DNA from: Azolla caroliniana
Taxonomy: Eukaryota; Plantae; Polypodiophyta
Length of the DNA: 64,000 bases
Reading direction: 5' to 3'
Assembly: GCA_043228905.1 (NCBI GenBank)
Contig: JBHGNT010000017.1
Location: 5,208,001-5,272,000 of the forward strand
The translations under genes were made by a program, and so were the position numbers. Under the pieces are notes generated by a model. That model saw only the letters and a list, made by a program, of their open reading frames with translations, searched no databases and was not told the origin of the DNA. Shown piece by piece: positions 49,671 to 61,006 of the stretch. Numbering within the stretch: the stretch's first letter is position 1; each line of letters begins with the position of its first letter.

Positions 49671-51104
49671 TTATCTCCCCCTTAAAGACGCTAATTGCGG
49701 ACCAGGTTTGTCCGGATACTTTCGGTGGAAATCAGCAAGAAGATCTTGTGCATTGGCAACATGCTCGACGGGTTCCCAAGTACGTTCGCTCGGTCGATTT
49801 GCGGCAACTTCATACTCCGGGCCGGCGTCCAACTCCAGCGGGGGCGGCGGTGGTGTCACACGATCGGGAATGGTGTTTGCTTTATAAGGCTCAAGAAGAG
49901 AACAATGGAAAACCGGATGTATCTGAAGCTGTGGAGGGAGAGAGATCAAGGCGGAAGGTGACATCATTAAGCTTCCCCGTAATACGGAAAGGACCGAGTC
50001 GTCGATAATCCAACTTGTCGCACGGTCGAGTAGTCTTGATGTGACGACGTAAGAGCCATACTCGATCTCCGATGGCAAAAGAGGAGGGAATCCGATGACG
50101 ATCCGCATAAGTCTTCTGTGTGTGTTGAGCATGACGAAGGTGAGTAGAGAGATCCATCTGGATCTTGCGTAGCCTCTCCAAATGATCCTCGGCACGAGGG
50201 TTGGTAGGTAGCTCCGGAGTGTCGATCACCGACCAGCGAGGATGGAAACCGGTATAAGCGAAAAATGGGGAGACCCAAGTCGAGGAGTGAATAGCATTAT
50301 TATACGCAAACTCCGCAAAGTGGAGAATCTCGGCCCAATCGTCCTGTTGATAACTCAGGAAACACCGGAGATATTGCTCCAGCGTTTGGTTTGTTCGTTC
50401 CGCCTGTCCGTCGGTCTGAGGATGGTAGCCGGAGGAGAGGTTGCAGGAGACCTTGAGCATCTTGAAGAGATGCTGCCAAAATTTGGAGACAAATTGCGGG
50501 CCTTGGTCACTGATAATACTGTCTGGGAGGCCATGATGCCGAAATACCTCACGCATAACAAGAGCGGCGGTTTCCTCACTAGTGATGGCTTTAGTACATG
50601 GCACAAAATGTGCCATCTCTGTATATCGATCGACGACGGTTAGGATAGCATCGAACCCCTTCGAGACCGACAGATCTGTGATAAAATCAAGACAAATAGA
50701 CTGCCATGGCTTACTTGGAATCGGTAAAGGTTCCAACAAGCCATATGGATGGTGTCGTGGCATCTTTGCTCGGCAGCAAGCATCACAGGTCCGAACGTAG
50801 TCGTCGACAAAACGGCGCATGTGGGGCCACCAAAAAGATCGTTGCACTAGCTCCAACGTCTTAGTACTACCGAAAGGTCCCGCCGTATGGGTGTCATGAC
50901 AATGTTGGACGATTTGAAGGCGACAGGAGCAATCGGGGACATATACGCGCTTTTTAAAGAATAACAAACCATCATGATATTCGAATTGTCGGTAGTCAAT
51001 ACCTGGTTGTTGAGACTAAGAACAGGATGCCCGAGAAGTATCAATGTGCGCTAGGATGTCTTGAGCAAAACTATCCGTCTTCAAGGTTGCATGTATGTCA
51101 TCGG

Positions 51105-54100
51105 TGTTGGGATTACGGTCCCTTCGGATGGGATGGTCGGAAGTCGGAGATGAATGCCGACGAGCCCGGTTTCGGTTTCGGATCCGGATGACGAAGACCC
51201 CGGTTTCGGTACCGGATGACGAATGTACCCGGAGAGCGATCCGGATGCAGGGACATATCCGTGAATATGTTCGCTATGGGCCCCTGAGGCTACAGTTGTA
51301 AATAGCCCAAAGTCATATAAGTATAAATATGACTTAGGGCAAACTGTTTTGTTGTTGCTAGTCATTTTTCTGTTTTTCCACTCAAGAGGAGTGAAGAGAG
51401 AGCAGCCGTGAGAGAGAGAGAGAGAGAGAGAGAGCGATAGAGCGCGAGCGAGGAAGAGGTAGACGCCTCTGTGTATTTCCGCCGCCTGTGGCGAGGATAG
51501 CGAGCTCAAGGTCGTCGCCTTGCAGCTCGCCATTGTATACTTCTCTGTATAGTGTTGGTTTGGAGTCTTGTACTCCCGTGGTTTTTCCCGTCTAGGGTTT
51601 TCCACGTTAATCCCTGTGTACTCGCGTTTTTTTTTCTTTGTTTCTCCGTGTGGTTCCTATTTTCTGCTCCATTGATCCGCGATTAATCGGTTGTGGCCGA
51701 GTGAAGAAGGCGAATCGAAGCGTTGATTCCCAACAAACTGGTATCAGAGCAAACTGCTGCAGAAAATGGAAGGCGGCGGCAGCGGGCAGCCGATGATGAT
51801 GGTGCTGAATGCGCAGAATTACGCCGACTGGAAGATCAAGATGGAGGATCTTCTGATTGTTCGGGACCTGTACGAACCGATTGACAGGTCGGAAATACCG
51901 AAAGGGGTACTTGAGTCGGAGTGGAAGCTCCTGAACCGGAAAGCCGTAGCGACGATCCGACAATATGTCGATGTAAGCGTCCTACAACATGTGGCGAACG
52001 ACACCAACGCATATGAGATGTGGAAGAAGCTGTCGGGCCTCTATGAGAGGAAGAATGCGTTGAACCGGACCTCCCTGATGAGGAAGATAGTGAATCTCAA
52101 GTACCGGGACGGCGAGAGTATGGTGGAACACGTAAGCACGTTCATGGGATTCGTGAATCAGCTTGCGGCGATCAAGTTCCCGTTGGAGGATGCAATGCAA
52201 GCCATCATCCTGATGTGTACATTGCCGGAAAGCTGGGAGAACTTGGTGGTGACTCTCAGCACCTCCTGCACAGAAGATAACTTGTCCTTGCAAACGGTAA
52301 AGACAAGTATTTTGAATGAAGAAGCGCGTCGGAGAGATAAGGAACCGGCCTCCGACCCGAAGATGTTGTTTACCGAATCGGATCGGGGAAGACAATGGAA
52401 CCGGAGTCCGCAAAGACGGGAGAAGTCGGGGACCCGGTCGCAGTCAAGAGGAAGGCCTACATGCTTCCACTGTGGGAAGCCGGGGCACTTCCGAAAGAAT
52501 TGTCGGCATTACCGAAAAGACAACGGAGCCGACGACACTGATTCGAAGAAGTCACCGGAGAGAAACGGTGCATACCGGGGAGCCACGGACCGGAGAGGTT
52601 CGGATCGGCGAGGGCAGGACCGGAAAGGAACAACGGCACTCGCGGCAAGTGAGGAAGAAATCATGCTCATCACCGAAGAAGGTGAGCTAAACGTTGCAGG
52701 CGATGAGACGACCTGGGTGGTCGATTCCGGAGCATCGTTCCACCTGACCCCGGAGAGAAGATACTTCTCATCCTACACAGCCGGCGAGCATGGCTGTGTT
52801 CGGATGGGAAATGAAGGCACGTGCCGGATTGCCGGCATCGGAGACGTGTGGTTGACAACCCCGACCGGATGCAAAATGCTGCTGAAGGATGTCCGACACG
52901 TTCCGGAGGTTCGATTGAACCTGATTTCGGCCGGGAGGCTAGACGATGAAGGCTACACAGGTAGCATCCGGAACGGCGTAATGAAGTTCAGCAAGGGGAG
53001 CCTGATAGTGGCTCGGGCCCGGAAAGTCAACACACTGTACCTGATGAATGCCCGGTTATGTCCGGAAGAGCTGAATGTGGCAGCCGACACTGCCGGTGAG
53101 CTGTGGCACAAGAGACTGTGCCACATGAGTGAGAAGGGGATGAAGAGGCTTGCAGAAGACAACCTTATCCCAGTGAAGCATGTGCACCTGGAGAAGTGCA
53201 CCGATTGCCTGGCCGGTAAGCAGAACCGAACCTCCTTCCACTCAAGGCCACCGACGAGACGTAGCGCACCATTGGAGTTGGTGCACACTGATGTGTGTCA
53301 GGTAGAAACGAAGTCACATGGCGGAGCCCAGTACTTCGTAACATTCATTGATGATCATAGCCGGAAGCTGTGGACGGCACCGTTGAAGACAAAGGACCAA
53401 GTGTTGTGCGTCTTCAAAGAACTCCACGCGAGAGTGGAAAGGGAATCCGGCAAGAAGCTGAAAGCGATACGAGCGGATAACGGAGGGGAATACCGGGGGC
53501 AGTTCCAGGAGTACTGTCGCTCGAAGGGAATCCGACTCGAGTTTACTGTGCCGAAGACGCCGGAACTGAACGGGCTGGCCGAGAGGATGAACCGGACCAT
53601 AATGGAGAGGGTCCGGAGTATGCTGGCGCATGCGAAATTACCCAAGGGGTTTTGGGCTGAGGCAATGTCGACGGCGACATACGTGATAAACAGATCACCC
53701 TCAGCACCTTTGGACGGAGACACGCCGCAGAAAGTGTGGACCGGTAAGGAAGTGTCCTACCGGCATCTGAAGGTGTTCGGGTGTCTCGCATACGTGCATG
53801 TGGCAAAGGACCGGAGAGGAAAGCTAGATCCAAAGACCCGGCCATGCATATTCCTCGGTTACGGCGATGACGAGTTCGGCTACCGAGTATGGGACCCGGT
53901 CGACAAGAAGATATTCAGGAGTCGAGACATCATCTTCATGGAGGACAAGACACTCGCCGACTGGGAGTCGGAGAAGAAGGTGAAGAGCTCCAAGTCGACC
54001 GGTGAGGATCAACTCTACGTGGAGCAGTCCCGACCGGCAAGGGACCGGTTAGCACTCGAGGATCCGGCCGAAGACGGTGAAGAAACAGAACCGGCCGAAG

Positions 54101-56480
54101 AAGATGAAAACGATACCGGAACCGGCCCCGATCCCGAAATGGATTCGGATGAAGAAGAATCGGAAGAACCGGTTACCGAAGCTCCGGAACGAAGATATCC
54201 TCTAAGAGAGAGAAAGGCCCCCCGGAGATTTCCGGAACCAGAGCACGTGCTGCTAACCGACGAGGGGGAGCCGGAGAGCTTTGAAGAAGCAAAGCATGAC
54301 ACCCAGAGCCGCAGGTGGTTGAGTGCCATGCAGGACGAGATGGATTCCCTGCATGAGAACCACACATATGAACTTGTGGAGTTGCCGAAAGGAAAGCGGG
54401 CACTTCGAAACAAGTGGGTGTTCAAGCTGAAACCGGGAGATGCCGGAAACCCCCCGAGATACAAAGCCAGGATCGTGGTGAAGGGGTTTCAGCAAAAGAA
54501 GGGCGTCGACTTCGACGAGATATTTGCCCCGGTAGTGAAGATGACCTCCATCCGGACGGTGCTGAGCATAGCGGCAAGCATGGACCTCGAGGTAGAACAG
54601 ATGGACGTGAAGACGGCATTCCTTCACGGTGACCTCGAAGAAGAGATCTACATGCAGCAACCGGAAGGATTCGAGAAGGAAGGGAAGGAGCACCTGGTAT
54701 GCCGGTTGAAGAAGAGCCTTTACGGACTGAAGCAGGCTCCCCGGCAATGGTACCGGAAGTTCGACTCCTTCATGACCGACGAAGGGTACCTCAAAACGCA
54801 GTCCGACCACTGCGTGTTTGTGAAGAAGTTCGAAGGAGGAGACTTTCTAATACTCCTCCTGTACGTGGACGACATGTTGATCGTCGGACGGGACCAGGTC
54901 AAGATACGGATGCTGAAGAAGGCTCTTCACCGAACCTTCTCAATGAAGGACCTGGGTCCGGCGAGGCAAATACTAGGGATGCACATCATCCGGGACCGGA
55001 AGAAGAAGCAGTTGTGGCTGTCACAGGAGAAGTACGTGACGAAGGTGCTTCACCGGTTCAACATGTCGGAAGCAAGACCGGTCGGATCGACCCTCCCGGC
55101 AAACTGCAAGCTGTCCAGAAAGCAAAGTCCCAAGACAAAGGCTGAAAAGGAGGATATGATGAAAGTGCCGTATGCCTTAGCCGTCGGGAGCTTGATGTAC
55201 GCCATGGTGTGTACGAGACCGGACATCGGATATGCAGTCGGAGTGGTGAGCCGGTACATGAGCAATCCCGGCAAAGAGCATTGGAACGCGGCCAAGTGGA
55301 TACTCCGATACCTGAAGGGCACAGCGAATGTGTGCCTCCGATTCGGCTCCGGTAAACCCGAACTCGACGGTTTCACCGATTCGGATATGTCGGCTGATGC
55401 AGATACCAGCCGGTCCACATCAGGGTATGTGATGACGTATGCAGGGGGAGCTGTTTCGTGGCAGTCGAGGCTGCAGAAGACGGTTGCGTTGTCAACCACG
55501 GAGGCGGAGTACATAGCAGCTGTTGAAGCCGGCAAGGAAATAATATGGATGAAGGACTTCATTAGAGAGCTCGGTATCCAACAGGAGGAGTACCGACTCT
55601 ACTGGGACAGTCAGAGTGCAATCCACCTTGCGAAGAACGCGGCCTATCACTCCCGGACGAAGCACATCCAGCGAAGATATCACTGGATCCGGGAAAGGAT
55701 AGAAGACAAGGAGTTCGTGCTGACAAAGATCCACACGGACGAGAACGGGTCGGATATGCTGACCAAGGTGCTCACACCCGACAAGCTGGAAGCATGCCGG
55801 AAGAGGATCGGATTGGAAAGACATCCCATGCCGAAGTGAAGGCGGAGTTTGTTGGGATTACGGTCCCTTCGGATGGGATGGTCGGAAGTCGGAGATGAAT
55901 GCCGACGAGCCCGGTTTCGGTTTCGGATCCGGATGACGAAGACCCCGGTTTCGGTACCGGATGACGAATGTACCCGGAGAGCGATCCGGATGCAGGGACA
56001 TATCCGTGAATATGTTCGCTATGGGCCCCTGAGGCTACAGTTGTAAATAGCCCAAAGTCATATAAGTATAAATATGACTTAGGGCAAACTGTTTTGTTGT
56101 TGCTAGTCATTTTTCTGTTTTTCCACTCAAGAGGAGTGAAGAGAGAGCAGCCGTGAGAGAGAGAGAGAGAGAGAGAGAGCGATAGAGCGCGAGCGAGGAA
56201 GAGGTAGACGCCTCTGTGTATTTCCGCCGCCTGTGGCGAGGATAGCGAGCTCAAGGTCGTCGCCTTGCAGCTCGCCATTGTATACTTCTCTGTATAGTGT
56301 TGGTTTGGAGTCTTGTACTCCCGTGGTTTTTCCCGTCTAGGGTTTTCCACGTTAATCCCTGTGTACTCGCGTTTTTTTTTCTTTGTTTCTCCGTGTGGTT
56401 CCTATTTTCTGCTCCATTGATCCGCGATTAATCGGTTGTGGCCGAGTGAAGAAGGCGAATCGAAGCGTTGATTCCCAACA
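51105..56480 (+). mobile_element. Element C: intact, very young Tork/Tnt1-like copia; TSD ATCGG
   Basis: 631-bp LTRs 51105-51735 and 55850-56480 with no differences seen; PBS TGGTATCAGAGC 51739-51750; ATCGG on both sides. Confidence 0.98.
51766..55839 (+). CDS. Copia gag-pol polyprotein (Gag, CCHC, PR, IN, RT, RNase H), 1357 aa
   Basis: CFHCGKPGHFRKNC, WVVDSGAS, HTDVC/ADNGGE, LYVDDML, FTDSD...SDMLTK. Confidence 0.98.
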   Translation: MEGGGSGQPMMMVLNAQNYADWKIKMEDLLIVRDLYEPIDRSEIPKGVLESEWKLLNRKAVATIRQYVDVSVLQHVANDTNAYEMWKKLSGLYERKNALNRTSLMRKIVNLKYRDGESMVEHVSTFMGFVNQLAAIKFPLEDAMQAIILMCTLPESWENLVVTLSTSCTEDNLSLQTVKTSILNEEARRRDKEPASDPKMLFTESDRGRQWNRSPQRREKSGTRSQSRGRPTCFHCGKPGHFRKNCRHYRKDNGADDTDSKKSPERNGAYRGATDRRGSDRRGQDRKGTTALAASEEEIMLITEEGELNVAGDETTWVVDSGASFHLTPERRYFSSYTAGEHGCVRMGNEGTCRIAGIGDVWLTTPTGCKMLLKDVRHVPEVRLNLISAGRLDDEGYTGSIRNGVMKFSKGSLIVARARKVNTLYLMNARLCPEELNVAADTAGELWHKRLCHMSEKGMKRLAEDNLIPVKHVHLEKCTDCLAGKQNRTSFHSRPPTRRSAPLELVHTDVCQVETKSHGGAQYFVTFIDDHSRKLWTAPLKTKDQVLCVFKELHARVERESGKKLKAIRADNGGEYRGQFQEYCRSKGIRLEFTVPKTPELNGLAERMNRTIMERVRSMLAHAKLPKGFWAEAMSTATYVINRSPSAPLDGDTPQKVWTGKEVSYRHLKVFGCLAYVHVAKDRRGKLDPKTRPCIFLGYGDDEFGYRVWDPVDKKIFRSRDIIFMEDKTLADWESEKKVKSSKSTGEDQLYVEQSRPARDRLALEDPAEDGEETEPAEEDENDTGTGPDPEMDSDEEESEEPVTEAPERRYPLRERKAPRRFPEPEHVLLTDEGEPESFEEAKHDTQSRRWLSAMQDEMDSLHENHTYELVELPKGKRALRNKWVFKLKPGDAGNPPRYKARIVVKGFQQKKGVDFDEIFAPVVKMTSIRTVLSIAASMDLEVEQMDVKTAFLHGDLEEEIYMQQPEGFEKEGKEHLVCRLKKSLYGLKQAPRQWYRKFDSFMTDEGYLKTQSDHCVFVKKFEGGDFLILLLYVDDMLIVGRDQVKIRMLKKALHRTFSMKDLGPARQILGMHIIRDRKKKQLWLSQEKYVTKVLHRFNMSEARPVGSTLPANCKLSRKQSPKTKAEKEDMMKVPYALAVGSLMYAMVCTRPDIGYAVGVVSRYMSNPGKEHWNAAKWILRYLKGTANVCLRFGSGKPELDGFTDSDMSADADTSRSTSGYVMTYAGGAVSWQSRLQKTVALSTTEAEYIAAVEAGKEIIWMKDFIRELGIQQEEYRLYWDSQSAIHLAKNAAYHSRTKHIQRRYHWIRERIEDKEFVLTKIHTDENGSDMLTKVLTPDKLEACRKRIGLERHPMPK

Positions 56481-58463
56481 ATCGGTAATCCGTGAATCCA
56501 TCGAGGTGTGAAAAATGTGCGTCGTGTGCAATCGTGCTGGTCCCAAGATTACTTGCTTTTGATTATCAAATGTTGCGTCACCAGGACGAGGTGCAAGATA
56601 TGAGCGCCGTGATAGTGCATCTGCTTTTCCTTGCTGCTTCCCCGGTCGATATGTGATTTTGAAGTCGAAACGCGTGAGGAATTGCGCCCACCGAGCTTGC
56701 CGTCGATTTAGTACGCGAGCATTCTGAAAATAAGCAAGATTTTTATGATCGCTAAAGACAATGACCTGATGTGGAGAGCCCTCTAAGAAATGCCGCCATT
56801 GTACAAATGAATCCACGATGGCTAATAACTCCTTGTCATGTATTTCGTAGTTGATTTCTGCGACATTGAATTTGCGCGAATGGAAAACCACCGGATGCAA
56901 CTCTTCTTTATCACCTTGTTGAGAAAGGATGCTACCGAGGGCGAAATCTGATGCGTCGGCCTCCATGATGAATGGTTTGCTGGTATCCACATGAGCTAGA
57001 ATCGGTGCTAATGTAAAGGCTTTCTTAAGATGCCGAAAAGCCATATCTGCTTCTATGGACCAAAGAAATGCTTGGCCCTTCTTCGTAAGTTGTGTGAGAG
57101 GTAAAATAATCTTCGCAATTGATTGCGATATGCCCTAGTCCACCGCAATAAAGACATAATCGATTTGTTTTTCTTCCGATAACGGGCCGCGTCGACGCAT
57201 GGTATCGATCTCCATCGGTGTCCAAGTATTTGCTTGAGGAATGTCTCGTGCAACTGGTCTAGCCGCGACTGCGGCGTAAGTGGGCTCCGGCCTAGCGCAT
57301 GGTATCTGTAATTGACGTTCCGAACGCCGTTCGAAGAGGCGGTTGTCACATCGGACCGCTCGACTGATTGCCTCCGTAAGAGACTTTGGTTCTTTGGGGA
57401 AGGTTAGAAGTAGATCTTTGACATCATTTCGCAGGCCATAGCGAAACTGCTCCATTAGTGCTTGATCATCCCAGGGTATGTCGAAAGCGAGTAGGCGGAA
57501 ATCCGCCGCATAGGCAGAGGCTGGACGATCGCCTTGACGCAATCGCCGGATCTTGTTGATCGCCGTCCTGATGCTGTCGGTATCTCCAAAGCAGGTTTTG
57601 AACTCACTAATAAAATCTTCAAAGTTATTAAGCAAGGGCGATTGTTTTTCTAGAAGCGGAGCGAACCATGCTAAGGCTGAGCCGCTAAGCAACGTGCCTA
57701 TTAAGCCGACTCGGGATGCATCAGTGGGGTATCGGGAAGGATGCATTTGGAGGACTAATCGTACCTGATTAAGGAATCCCCTGAATTGCGATCGCGTTCC
57801 ATCAAATTTCACAGGAAGTTCAATCTTCGGCTCTTTATGAAATCCTTGGGGACTTGATCCTTGTTGTTGTAATGCCGCTTCAAGTTGTTGCACCCGTAAC
57901 GCTAACTCCCCATGTTGTTGCTGCGTTTGTTGCTTTTCTAGAGCGATTTGTTGCAGATCCCCTATCAGCCGTTGGTTTTCTTGTTCCAGGGCAACAAACT
58001 TTTCTTTTAGACACTGTAACTCGGAGAAAACGGATTGATATTCTTGGGCGCTAACAATAGCCATAGTAGGGGGGAAAGGATGGGAGGATGAGGGAGAACA
58101 ACAAGTAGGCTGGAGGAAAGAGGAAGAAAAATTGGTTCAAATTGTCAGGAATAGTACTAAAGCAGAGATGGAATTAGTACTAAGAAGAGTAGTACTATTA
58201 GTACTAAGAGGACGGGACTGCGTAAGATTCCCGAGAGAGAGGAAGTGAGAAGAGGAGAGAGAAAGAAATAGGGTGATGACAACAGCTCTTATATTATATG
58301 AAAGATAAGTACAAATCGACTAAGAGGCTTAAGACTGGTGTTGAACCAATTTGGTTCAAAACAATGCCTTGTGCCTCCTTTTATAGTGTTTTTAGGAATA
58401 ATCCTGAAACTTCTAGAATGTTCTAGAGAGATCTGGAATATACATCAATTTTCTATGATAAAA

Positions 58464-58568
58464 CATAAATAAAAATAATATCCTACAAAATACAATTCAT
58501 AGTCTAATGGTAAGAGCTCGACCCATGTAGCATAAGGTCATGGGTTCGAGTCTTGCCATATCATGACA
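58464..58568 (+). promoter_or_regulatory. tRNA-like A box/B box module in the 5' LTR of B
   Basis: TAGTCTAATGG at 58500, GGTTCGAGTC at 58543, with upstream CAA and an AT-rich TATA-like stretch. Confidence 0.62.
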
Positions 58569-60072
58569 GGACTTCGATGAGATTTTTGCCCCGGTAGTAA
58601 AGATGACATCCATCCGGATGGTATTGGACATAGCGGCAAGCATGGACCTCGAGGTAGAGCAACTGGACGTGAAGACGTCATTTCTCCATGGTAACCTCAA
58701 AGAGGAGATCTACATGCATCAACCAAAAGAATTTGAGAAGAAAGGGAAGGAACTCCTGCAATGCCGGCTGAAGAAGAGCCTATACAAACTAAAGCAAGCT
58801 CCCCGGCAATGGTACCGGAAGTTCGACTCCTTCATGACCAACCAAGGGTACCACAAGATGCAGGCCGATCACAGCGTGTTTGTGAAGAAATTTGACAGAG
58901 GAGATTTCCTGATACTCCTCCTATATGTGGATGATATGCTTATCTTCGGACGGGACCAAGGCAAGATTCGGATGTTGAAGAAGGCCCTGAACCGGACCTT
59001 CTCAATGAAAGACTTGGGTCCGGCAAGACAAATATTGGGAATGCACATCATTCGGGACCGGTCAAAGAAATTGTTGTGGTTGTCACAAGAAAAGTATGTG
59101 ACAAAGGTACTCCAAAGGTTCAACATGTCGGAGGCGAAACTAGTCGGATCGACACTTCCAGCAAATTGCAAGCTATCCGAGAAACAAAGCTTGAGGACAA
59201 AGGCGGAGAAGATGGATATGATGAAGATACCATATGCCTCTGCTGTCAGAAGATTGATGTATGTGATAGTATGTACCCGGCCGGATATCGGATATGCAGT
59301 CGAAGTGGTAAGCCAGTTCATGAGCAATCCCGGAAGAGAGCACTGGAACATGGTCAAGTGGATACTCCAGTATCTGAAATGCACCTCGAGTGTGTGCCTC
59401 CAGTTCAGCTCCGGTAATCCCCAACTTGACGGATTCACAGATTCAGATATGTCGGCTCATGTGGATACCAGCCGATCTACGACCGGATATGTCATGACTT
59501 ATGCAAGGAGAGTTGTTTCGTGGCAGTCGAGGCTAGGCATCTAACAGGAGGAATATCGGCTCTACTGCAACAGTCAAAGTGCCATCCACCTTGCAAAGAA
59601 CACGGCCTACCATTCCCGGACGAAACATATCCGACGGAGGTACCTCTGGATCCGAGAGAGAGTAGAAGATCAAGAGTTCGTGCTGACGAAGATCCACACG
59701 GAGGAGAGTTCGTGCTGACGAAGATCCACATATGATGACCAAAGAGTTGACAACCGACAAGCTGGACGCGTGTCGAAAGCGGATCGGGCAGACAAGATAT
59801 CCCATGTTGGAGTGAAGGGGGAGATTGTTGGGAAATCGGTCCCTCTGGATGGGATTCGGTGATGAATGAAGAGGAGCCTGTAAAAACCGGGAGAGATCGG
59901 AAACCGGAGGAGATCTAGGGAGAACCGGAAGAGAGGAGATATTTGTAAATATGTTTTGAGTAAGCCTATTGAGGCTATATTTGTAAATAGCCCTAAGTTC
60001 ATATAAGTATAAATATGACTTAGGGCAATCACTTAGTAAGTGTGCATAGGGTGATTGTCATATTGTTGTATG

Positions 60073-60708
60073 CATAGATTAACACATGCGTGATATTCGT
60101 GATTTTCTCCATGCGCAATATTCTCAATATTCGAGAATACGAAATGGCCCCAAGAATATTAGAAAACCATTTGTTTTACAAAATAAATATAAAAGATTTA
60201 TTTATTTATTTAAATAAATTTATTTCACTGTAAAAAAGAACTATTATGTATATGAAACTTATTTTAATTAATCAATTAATCAATTAATTTTAAAAAAAAG
60301 AATATTTTTATATTTATTATACAAATATGATTAGTATGAACTTTGAAGATATGATTAGTTTGAAGTACTATTTTTAATGTCAAAATAAAAATACATTAAA
60401 TTTTCAGGGAATAAAAAGTGAGAAATTAATGAGCCTTTATTTTATTTTATTTATTTATTAAAAATAAAATGAATACTTATAACTTATAAGTTATACATTT
60501 ATTATAAAAATTTAGTAGTCTCAAATCCCCAAGTCCATCTTTTATTATCCCTATTTATTGTCAAGTTCCTTTTTTTTTATCCTAGGAAATTATAAAAGAC
60601 AGAGTATTTTTGTTTTTTTAGTTAAACGAATACTTGACCACCCATTCGTATTCGTATTCATTTACATTCAAATGGGAAACCCAACGAATGCGAATATGTC
60701 AATCTATG
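60073..60708. mobile_element. Non-autonomous hAT-type MITE (636 bp) in the LTR of H
   Basis: Imperfect TIRs CATAGATTRACAYAT; 8-bp TSD GTTGTATG at 60065-60072 and 60709-60716; subterminal ATTCG/CGAAT repeats; AT-rich core. Confidence 0.9.
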
Positions 60709-61006
60709 GTTGTATGTGGATAACTACTATACAAAGAGCTACACACAGAGAGAGAGAGAGAGAGTAGCTATGAGCAATCTCTGTTGTAACCGCCGTCTAG
60801 CGAAGATCGCGAGCACGAGGTCGTTGCCTCTGTGCCTCCACTTTGTGTTTCCTCTCATATAGTGATAGTTGTTCCTCTTGGTTTTTCCCTATTAGGGTTT
60901 TCCACATAAACATCCTGTGTCATTTCTGTGTACTCTCTCGCTCATTCCCATTTCTGTGACTCAAGACTCAGTTGTGGCTGAGCGATATTCCGCGCTATTC
61001 TCCACA

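Larger units (their letters stand above)
49245..58568 (-). mobile_element. Element B: internally deleted Tcn1-like chromovirus with both LTRs; TSD GGACT; interrupted by C
   Basis: 426-bp LTRs 58143-58568 and 49245-49670 (5 differences by eye); PPT AAGGGGGAGA; gag 57135-58064; RH ~56486-57044; IN 49891-50967; partial chromodomain EYEV...TWEP. Confidence 0.95.
45636..61006 (+). mobile_element. Element H: decayed 5'-truncated Tork-like copia hosting two solo LTRs, B (with C) and a MITE
   Basis: PR-IN 45650-49244, RT-RH 58574-59815, PPT AAGGGGGAGA, 3' LTR 59826-61006; sequence is contiguous across each TSD. Confidence 0.88.

Noticed and set aside
23779-61006. LTR at 23779 as the 5' LTR of element H
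   Set aside because: Same subtype, but the flanks do not match (CAACA versus CCTTA), so there is no TSD support.
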